A stretch of DNA of 64,000 nt from the human T2T-CHM13v2.0 reference genome, Homo sapiens: NCBI RefSeq assembly GCF_009914755.1, contig NC_060927.1. One strand, given 5' to 3'. A program made the position numbers and the translations under genes. Below the pieces are notes generated by a model, which did no database searches, was not told the DNA's origin, and was given only the letters and a program-made list of their open reading frames with translations. Numbering within the stretch: the first letter of the stretch is position 1; the number at the start of each line of letters is the position of its first letter. Below, one piece after another: positions 50,491-64,000 of the stretch.

Positions 50491-50609
50491 CTTCCCTTCA
50501 ATACTGAAATTCCCCAAATTAACTCTGCAGCCTCCTTCTTGATTTTCCTGCAGTGTCCTTTCCCGGCATTTCTTCACTGAGGGGTCTTAAAGCCATGAGT
50601 TTGCCTGTA

Positions 50610-50963
50610 CAGTCATGTGCCCCATAATGACTTTCCAGTCAACAACAGACCACATATAAAAGACAGTGGCCCCATAAGATTATAATACTGTATTTTGACT
50701 GTACCTTTTCTATGTTTAGATATATTTAGATATACAAATACCTATCATTCTGTTACAATTTCCTACATTATTTAGTACAGCAACATGCTGTGCAGGTTTG
50801 TTGCCTAGGAGCAAAAGCCTATACCATGCAGCTCAGGTGTATAGGAGGCTAGGCCATCCAAGTTTGTAAGTATGCTCTGATGTTCACACAATCACTTAAA
50901 GACAGAATCACTTAATGACACATTTTCCAGAACGTGTCCCTGTCATTACATGATGCATGACTT
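50610..50963 (+). mobile_element. Tigger3a/MER7A DNA element
   Basis: TA-cagtcatg ... catgact TIRs; cccataagattataatac. Confidence 0.85.
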
Positions 50964-50977
50964 TACTTTAAAAATCC

Positions 50978-51573
<596 letters not shown>

Positions 51574-52302
51574 TAGGGGGAAAAAATCCATTGCCAGGGC
51601 GTTCTATCTTCCTGAATGTCTTTTGATTATTGCAGCCTCCCAAAAGAAAGCCAATCTTGTTGAAGGAAAAAAACAAAACAAAACGAGCTCTAAGTAGGAG
51701 GAAAATTGGCCCTCCTGCAATTTGAAACTATTTCTGTAGATTATATGTATTGTAAACTCATTACAGGCACTTCTCTGTAAAGTTAAAATAGTATTACTGG
51801 CTTGTTTTATATTGTTTTCCCAGAAGAGTTCACATTAGTTGCTTTTTTTCCAAAATAAGGACCAATCCTTTCAACAGGATGTCTTAGTGTTTAAAATGCA
51901 GTTAGCAATTTTGGTATTGTCAATTGTACATAATCAAAACATGCCTTCAGATCCTTCTTCTAATCTTCTTCTTTTGATTTGTGCTCCATTCTCTACCCTG
52001 CTTTTTGCATATCCTCTGCAAGTGTTCATTCATGCTTCCATTTACTTGAACTTCTTTTCTCTGCGTTGACATTTTCTTTGTTTCACATCAGTTTTTTGAT
52101 GAATTTTTTTTTTTTTTTTTTTGCCTTACAGGTTTTGTTTATTTACACTTGTTTTTCGTGGTCATCTCAGTATTTAACAGCCTTTTGGTTGTGATTTTTT
52201 TTTCTCTTTTTATTTTTTTCCTTTGGTTGTGATTTTTACATTGTAATTTATAGCCAATTAAGCATATACTCTCTTTAGATAAGACATGAAAAAACCGTTT
52301 CT

Positions 52303-52642
<340 letters not shown>

Positions 52643-53190
52643 TTAACAGCTTTTTCAGAGTTGTCCCATATTGAGGCAAGGAGTAAGGCCTTTGTATCCA
52701 CTTATACTCTCTTATCTAAATATATCTTTAGATAAGACATGAAGAAATAAGAAAATGTAAACATGTCTTCTTGACTTCAGAAGTCTCCAGCCTCTGGGAT
52801 AGTGTCTGAACAGATGCTGTAGAGCCAGTTGCCTTCATCATCACAGTTTGTGGGATAATTTGTTTTTTTCATTTCAGAAAACAATGGTTAGATTCTTCCT
52901 TTTTCCTTTGGGCAACGCTGCCCCCAAATCATGATAAATTGATGGTCTAAATTAAATCAACAACAATAATAGCTGGTATTCATTGGTTGCTTGTTGTATA
53001 GTAGCCTTTTCTTCTAACTGATTTGCTAACAATATCACTATTTCATCCTCCTATCATTTATATGAGAAAAAGTGCTATCATGTCACCACCACCACCACCA
53101 CCATTGTGTAAATGAGGAAACTTGGATATGGAGAGGTTGAGTGATTGTCCCATGGCTAGTAAATGACACAGCCAGGATTGGGACCCTTGA

Positions 53191-53525
<335 letters not shown>

Positions 53526-53684
53526 ATCCTGCCTATAGTCTATAAAACATGTGTTTCTCTTCTTTATGCTGTGGGAAGAGAGAAGGAGGAGACAGTGAAG
53601 GTAATAAAAGAGGAAAGAAATCTTTCCTAATCTCAAATAATTTAGACTTTAGTTATGAAAATAAAACACAGAAGCATTCACAGT

Positions 53685-54318
53685 TGTGACAGCCAGTTTC
53701 TAAAGATGCCCCCTGCCACCATGAGCACTACACCCAACACTTACCCGCACCTTGTGTAGTACCCTCCCAGAATGAATCTGAGTTGGCCCTGTGAAGCAAA
53801 CAGAATGCAGCAGAAAAGAACACTGTGTGACTTCCAAAGACCAGGTCATAGAAGGCCTTGCTGCTCCCATCCTCAACTCTTAGAACCTGTGCTCTGATGG
53901 AAGCCAGCCATGGTATCAGAAATCCAGTATCCTAAAACCGCAATGCTGTGGGGAAACCCAGCCTAGCCGCATGGAGAGGCTATGTGGCCATCCCAGCTGT
54001 CCCAGCCATTTCAGCCCAGGTGCGGTTCACGTGAGTAAAGAAGCCATTTTGGACATTCAAACCCTAGCAGATGCCATGTGGAGAAAATCTAGCTAACAGC
54101 CGGAAAGAAGGCTCCAGGCTTAAGGCCCCATCCCAGCTACCTCCAATCATCAGACCCACCCCAGCAGAGGGTCCAGTTATGTCAGATGAGACAGAGCCAT
54201 CCCCACTGTGCCTGATCTAATTCCTAATTCACAAACTTGTGAGCATAATAAAATAGCTGTTGTTTTAAGTCAGTGGGTTTGGAGGAAGTTTATAATGTAG
54301 CAGTTGATAAATGGCACA
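53685..54318 (+). mobile_element. MLT1 (G/H-like) solo LTR
   Basis: tgtgac...ctaaagatgcccc start; gagcataataaaatagctgttgttttaag end. Confidence 0.75.
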
Positions 54319-54732
54319 GCAGCAAGAAACAACAGTGTACAAATTCATGTCTGAGAGATCCAGAGATAGAGAAATGCTTGAGGGTTGAAACAATTAGAAA
54401 AATCACATTTCTAGTAAGAAAGTCTGGGGCCCCAGTAAAGGCTCTGGGGAGAAAAAAATGCAGATAAATGGGGTAGAACCAGGTCACCTTATCTGATGTA
54501 AAGGATACAGGAACTGAAGCAACAAGCAATGGGATTGGAACGGAGTCTAGGGCAAATTGCTGAGGGTGGTGAATGGCAAGGAGAATAATTCTATAGCTGA
54601 ACAGAACTATAGAAATCATTTAGTCCAACCTTAAAAATCATTTAGTCCAACCCCCCCCTTTTTTTTTTAACAGACGAAACTGAAAGCTGGAGAAAGTAAC
54701 CCTGGAAGGTTACCCAGCTGGTTGGTGGGAGG

Positions 54733-55130
<398 letters not shown>

Positions 55131-55811
55131 TAAATCTAGATAGGCTTTCTCCCCTAGCATTAAAAGTACTGTGGTGTAGCCACTCTAAACATCCGTACAG
55201 ACGCTATCATGTTGAAAGCAAGATTCTCTAATTTTGTAGTTGTAAAATCTCTATCAGTTTTTCCTCCTCCTCTCCTTCATATTAAAAATAAAACAGAACC
55301 AAACCTCTAAACCTTTAGGTCTCTAAACTTTCACCAAATTCTCCATTAAGTTTTTTGAAACAACTTTACTGACGTATAATTTACATTTCATAATAATCAC
55401 TCTGTTTTAATTGTACTTATTATTCAGTGATTTCTAGTATCAATTTGTGTAATCATCAACATAGTCCAATTTCAGAACATTTCCATCTCCCCAATAAAAT
55501 CTCTCTGCTCATAACAGTTAACCCTTGGTCCAGCCTCCAGCTGCAGGCTACTAATCTACTTTCTGTCTCTGTAGATTTGTCTTTTCTGGATATTTCATGT
55601 AAATGCAATCATACAATATGTGGTATTTTCACATAACAACGTTTTTTAGGGTCCATCCATGCTGTAACGTGTGCCCGTAGTTCATTCCCTTCGATTGAGG
55701 AATTGTATTTGTGGATGGGTCTACCATATTTTGTGTGTCCATTTACCCCTTGAGGGATGTTTGGCTCATTCCTAGTTTTTCGTCTCATATTCATAAGTCT
55801 GCATCCGTTAA

Positions 55812-56144
<333 letters not shown>

Positions 56145-56206
56145 ATCCATTAAGTTTTAAAAGTAGTAAGCATTGCTTAGTAAGAGAAGCTACATATAGA
56201 AATTTT

Positions 56207-56870
<664 letters not shown>

Positions 56871-57194
56871 TGATGTATCATCATCCATTATCTAATTGCA
56901 ATTATTAGATAATTCAGTTATATCCAATTTGTCATTATAAACAACATTGACTGTTGCTATACTCACAAAATCTATCTAAACTAAACTATCTAAAATCATA
57001 AAACTATTTAGTTCTATTTTCTTTCAGTTATGTTATGGTTTATTGTTTACATGCAACTTTTTATTTCATCCTGAGTGCATTTTGGCATCAGTTCACCCCA
57101 AAGCTATCCTTCCACACTGATTTGAACAGCATTCTTTATTGTACTGCACAGATTAATATTGGCCAGAATGTTTTCCTGGGGTTTTCTTGGAGGG

Positions 57195-57559
<365 letters not shown>

Positions 57560-57725
57560 TAATTATTGTAGTGAGCAAGTCCATTACTAACACATAGCAA
57601 CATCAGTCTTCCTTCACCATTATCCTGTTTCATATTGTCCAGTTCCCCCCCAAAAATAATCCCAAGATGTCTAATTTTAGTTATATGTATGTCCTGGGAA
57701 TTTGGGATAGAATTTACACATTTTA

Positions 57726-58042
<317 letters not shown>

Positions 58043-58327
58043 TTAGTTCACCATGACAAGAACTGGTGAACTAGTGAACAACTGGGGGCAAAATTGTATT
58101 CGGAGTTTACCGTGACAAGAACCAGTGACTGATGAACAACTGAGTTCACCAGTTCACTGATTGAAATACCTCTTGGGTGATCTATGTGTAGCATACATAA
58201 TCATGGTCTTTTCTCCTCCCTCTTTCTCCATCTTCTAACCAGGCAAAACTGGTGAACTTCTTCCCCTTTCCCTGTGATGAGAGGGACATGAACTATGAGT
58301 CAAGGTTTTCTAAAAAGTGGGTAAATC

Positions 58328-58632
<305 letters not shown>

Positions 58633-59146
58633 TCTAAAAAGTGGATGAATCTTAAAACCATAGTAGACCTAAGCAGCATTGATAAAATGTGTATTAAGTA
58701 TGAACTTTCAATGCACAAGACTCAGGCGTGCAAAAAAGTAACTTTGATTTTCCATCTCTGAACTTAATTTCTCTCTTTAGCTGCAGTTTGCCAGTAAATT
58801 CATAGTAAACTCCATCACTTCAGAATTTTTCCTCAATTTCTTTGGAGAACATTCAAAAAGTTAAGGTTATTTTCTTCCTCCATAATTCCCCTCAAGGTGC
58901 CATTTCATTTCTAGGACGTTTTCAAAGAATCACAGAGTTGGGGTAGCCTGAGAGGACATCTGATCCTTGGAGTCCTGTCTTACACAGACATGTGCAGGAA
59001 TGTCCAGTCCCATATGGTCTCCAGGCATGAAGACTAGTGTTTGCTGACGCATCCAAAGTCCTATTTCATAGCTCTACAGTCTGAGACATTCCCTCATTGG
59101 CACAAGGACCTACACTATTCCTTATACCCTAGCTAGAGGGGGGATC

Positions 59147-59497
59147 TGTATTAGTCTGTTCTCATGCTGCTAATAAAGACATACCAGAGACTGGGTAATT
59201 TATAAAGGAAAGAGGTTTAATGGACTCACAGTTCCACATGGCTGGGGAGGCCTCACAATCATGGCAGAAGGCAAGGAGGAGCAAGTCATGTCTTAGATGG
59301 ATGGCGGCAGGCAAAGAGAGAGAACTTGTGCAGGGGAACTCCTCTTTATAAAACCATCAAATCTCCTGAGACTTATTCACTATCACAAGAACAACATGGG
59401 AAAGACCAGCCCCCGTGATTCAGTTACCTCCCACTGTGTTCCTCCCACGCTACAATTCAAGATGAGATTTGGGTGGGGACACAGCCAAACCGTATCA
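59147..59497 (-). mobile_element. THE1 (THE1B-like) MaLR solo LTR
   Basis: tgtattagtctgttctcatgctgctaataaagacatacc...gagatttgggtggggacacagccaaaccgtatca; 5-bp TSD GG(A/G)TC. Confidence 0.92.
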
Positions 59498-60293
59498 GGG
59501 TCCCTAGTGGACCCTATGTTTTACCAGCTCCCAGTTTGGCCTTCCTCAGGCAGTGCCCTCCTGTCTAGAGACCAAGCCCATCCCCACTTCTAGAACACAC
59601 ACTGGATAGCCAAGACCCCATAATTCCCAATATAATTCCCTACATTAATGATCCTGAGTCTGTTTCCAGGGCTGGTATTGACCTCTTTGCCAAGTGGTCC
59701 TCCTGAAGGCAAACTGTGCCTCTGGTGTACAGCAGTTGTCTGCAAAGGCACGGATGAAGCTTGGACATGTGGACAGGGGTGTCCATGCATTCCCAGGGTG
59801 GAGGGAAAAGGGATAGAGCAAAAGCTGGGAACTGGGGACTGGCCTTCCACCATGGCCATGTACAAGTCTAGAACTCAATGTGCGTTATGGCCTTCAAGGT
59901 CATTATAAAAGCATGTTGGTCAAGCAGAAGCATATAACTCATTTGACAGTGGTTAGTTTGACTTATAACTTCTGTGTAAACATATAGTAGGAGGCCTTCA
60001 TTTGTACTCCTGCCCCAGAGCCTGTGAATACTAGGGGTGAGCCAGATAGGACTCTCTGGCTCAGAAACCTAATATTCTCCCTGGGACATAGAAATTTTGG
60101 CCGTGCCATGACCTACTCCAGGGCCATGGGAGGCTACCTCAGGTTTCTCTCCTCTGAAGGTCTCAGCCATCCCACTCCACCTTATTATTCTTGCTCTGTG
60201 GAGCCCAGGGAACACCTTTGAGATCAACACCTCCCAGGGCTCCAGCAGCAAAGCAGATTCAAGTGTCCTTTAGCCTCAATTTCCTCAAAATAA

Positions 60294-60719
<426 letters not shown>

Positions 60720-60779
60720 TTCTAGTGTTTCTTTTGAAATTACCATAGGCTAATAGACTCAGAAATTATCTTGAAATGT

Positions 60780-61420
60780 TTAAAACAATAATCTTTTTTA
60801 GGTTTAGGAAAGCATATCAAATGTACATATCACAAAGTAAACGTGCTTCCTCTTCCACCTTCCCAGAAAAAACCAATAACCTGACTTCTAATACCAGAGA
60901 TTCGTTTGACCTGTTTTTGAGCTTTATATGAATAAAATAAGATAGTGTGCACTCTTTTGTCTTTGGCTTTTTACCCTCAATATTAGGTTAATGCAATTCA
61001 CCCACAGTTGGACATAGCAGCAGCTTTATTTAATCTCATTGACATGTAGTATTTCATCACTTGAATATGCTCATGTATCCACTCTACTTTTGTTGGGCAT
61101 TTGAATAATTTCCAGTTTTTAGCTATCATAGATAAAGTTGCTCTGAACTTTCTTTTGTGTATCTTTTGATGCACTTAAGTATGATTCCTATTAAATGTAT
61201 ATTACATCTGGGAGTGGAATTTCTAGTCATAGACTATGCATATATTTAGTTTTAATAGATTCTGTCGAAGAGTTTTTCAAATTGGTTGGACCAGTTTACA
61301 CTCCCACTGGGAGTGTATGAGTTTTCGTTGCTTCACAATCTCACCAATGCTAGATATTATCAGTCTTCTTCATTTTAGCTATTCTGAAAGATATGTCATC
61401 ATTGGTTATGCCTCCCAATA
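60780..61420 (-). mobile_element. Old L1M (MB/ME-like) 3' fragment
   Basis: gttgggcatttgaataatttccagtttttagctat; ccagtttacactcccactggg. Confidence 0.7.
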
Positions 61421-61439
61421 TTTTGTTATGAAATTTTTT

Positions 61440-61745
61440 GGCCAGCCACAGTGGCTCACACCTGTAATCCCAGCACTTTGGGAGGCCAAGGTGGACGGAT
61501 CACCCGAGGTTGGGAGTTCAAGACCAGCCTGGCCAACACGGTAAAACCCCATCTCTACTAAAAATACAAAAATTAGCTAGGCGTGGTGGTGCACACGTGT
61601 AATCCCAGCTACTCAGGAGGCTGAGGCAGGAGAATCGCTTGAACCCAGAAGGCAGAGGTTATAGCGAGCTGAGATTGCGCCATTGCACTCCAGCCTGGGC
61701 GGCAGAGTGAAACTCTGTCTCAAAAAAAACAAATAAATAATTAAA
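61440..61745 (+). mobile_element. AluS-like
   Basis: Alu body and tail. Confidence 0.93.
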
Positions 61746-61954
61746 AAGAACTGTTTCAAGCACACAGAGAAGTCTAAAGAAACATTATAATGAATATTGT
61801 ATATTCACCTATACTCTTATATTTTTAATATTTCCATTTATCATTAGCTATACATTCTGTTAAAAAAACAAACAACTAACTTTAGATTTTGTTAGGAAAA
61901 ATATAGCTAATATTACTATTTTCCTTCTGAACAAAACAGGAACCTTAACTTTTT

Positions 61955-62264
61955 GCTTTTCTTCTTCTTCTTCTTCTTTTAAGTAACAGGGTCTCACTCT
62001 GTTGCCTAGGCTGGAGTGCAGTGGCATGATCTTAGCACACTGCAGCCTGCAACTCCTGGGCTCAAGTGATCCTCCCACCTCAGCTTCCTGAGTAACTGGA
62101 ATCACAGATATGTGTCAGCACACCCAACTAATTTTTTTATTTTTTTGTAGAAACAGGGTCTTGCTATGTTGCTCAGGCTGGTCTCAAACTCCTGGCCTCA
62201 AATGAGACTCCTGCCTTGGCCTCCCAAAACACTGGGATTACAGGCATGAGTCATTGCACCAGGT
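61955..62264 (-). mobile_element. AluJ-like
   Basis: TSD CTTAACTTTTT. Confidence 0.9.
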
Positions 62265-62275
62265 CTTAACTTTTT

Positions 62276-62586
<311 letters not shown>

Positions 62587-62667
62587 AACTTTTTAAATCT
62601 ACTCTGAATTATTCCCACCTATCTTCCAAGTTTTTGTTTATAGATGTCCATCACATGTTGATTATAA

Positions 62668-63578
<911 letters not shown>

Positions 63579-63932
63579 CTTAGCTACATTTTATGTACTA
63601 TTTAGCCCATAAATTGTTTCTAGTTTTAATCATCACATATTCTGTATTTTAGAAGTTATACATTTTTTTCTAATCTTCCTTATCCCTTTTGATAATCTCT
63701 TATACCTACATCATAGTTTCCATAACCTTCTAATTTTTTTAGAACTATTGAGCATACTTATTTAATATTCCACACTGGCCATTCCAAGGCCTATACTGGA
63801 GGTTATTCTCTGCAGTTTGTTATCTCTGCTCATTCTTGCTTATCATGGCTTATTTCTTTGTGTGTTCTATAGTTTGGGATTACGAAATGAGGGTCCTTGA
63901 AATTTTGTATGTGTAAATCCCTTGAAACCTAG

Positions 63933-64000
63933 TGTAGTAGCTTCCTAGGGCTGCCATAGCAAATTAAACTGGAGGGCTTAAACAACAGAAATTTATTCTC
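63933..64000 (-). mobile_element. Start of an MLT1 LTR (truncated by window end)
   Basis: cctagggctgccatagcaaatt...ggcttaaacaacagaaatttattctc. Confidence 0.8.

Noticed and set aside
51840-52150. Purine-rich minus-strand stretch resembling a decayed coding sequence (processed pseudogene or CR1/L3)
   Set aside because: Multiple stops and no parent protein I can recognise; needs a Dfam/BLAST search

Overview
Human genomic DNA (a near-consensus human-specific AluYb8 is present). It contains the 5' part of SHQ1 (H/ACA RNP assembly factor, 3p13) on the minus strand: the CpG-island promoter at about 39.6-40.55 kb and coding exons 1-9 (ATG at 40212, exon 9 at 4555-4678). The exons splice into one open frame; the remaining exons lie left of the window. 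About 24 kb of upstream intergenic DNA is dense in Alu, L1, MaLR/ERVL LTRs and DNA transposons. Nearly all ORF-track entries are Alu or microsatellite translations or chance ORFs. Main second-look items: (1) a GC-AG first intron, plus an in-frame alternative ATG/cassette exon at 38087-38146 that would alter the CS domain; (2) a 95-bp intron-9 segment with the features of a 74-nt PTC 'poison' exon, present twice, one copy flanked by an 11-bp target duplication; (3) a 205-codon repeat-free sense ORF in intron 6 that exon 6 could join in frame; (4) several apparent templated-insertion/snap-back scars; (5) a cluster of DR2 nuclear-receptor-like motifs; (6) a young AluYb8 inserted into an older Alu's TSD. 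Repeat subfamily names come from recalled consensus sequences, and repeat boundaries are approximate.
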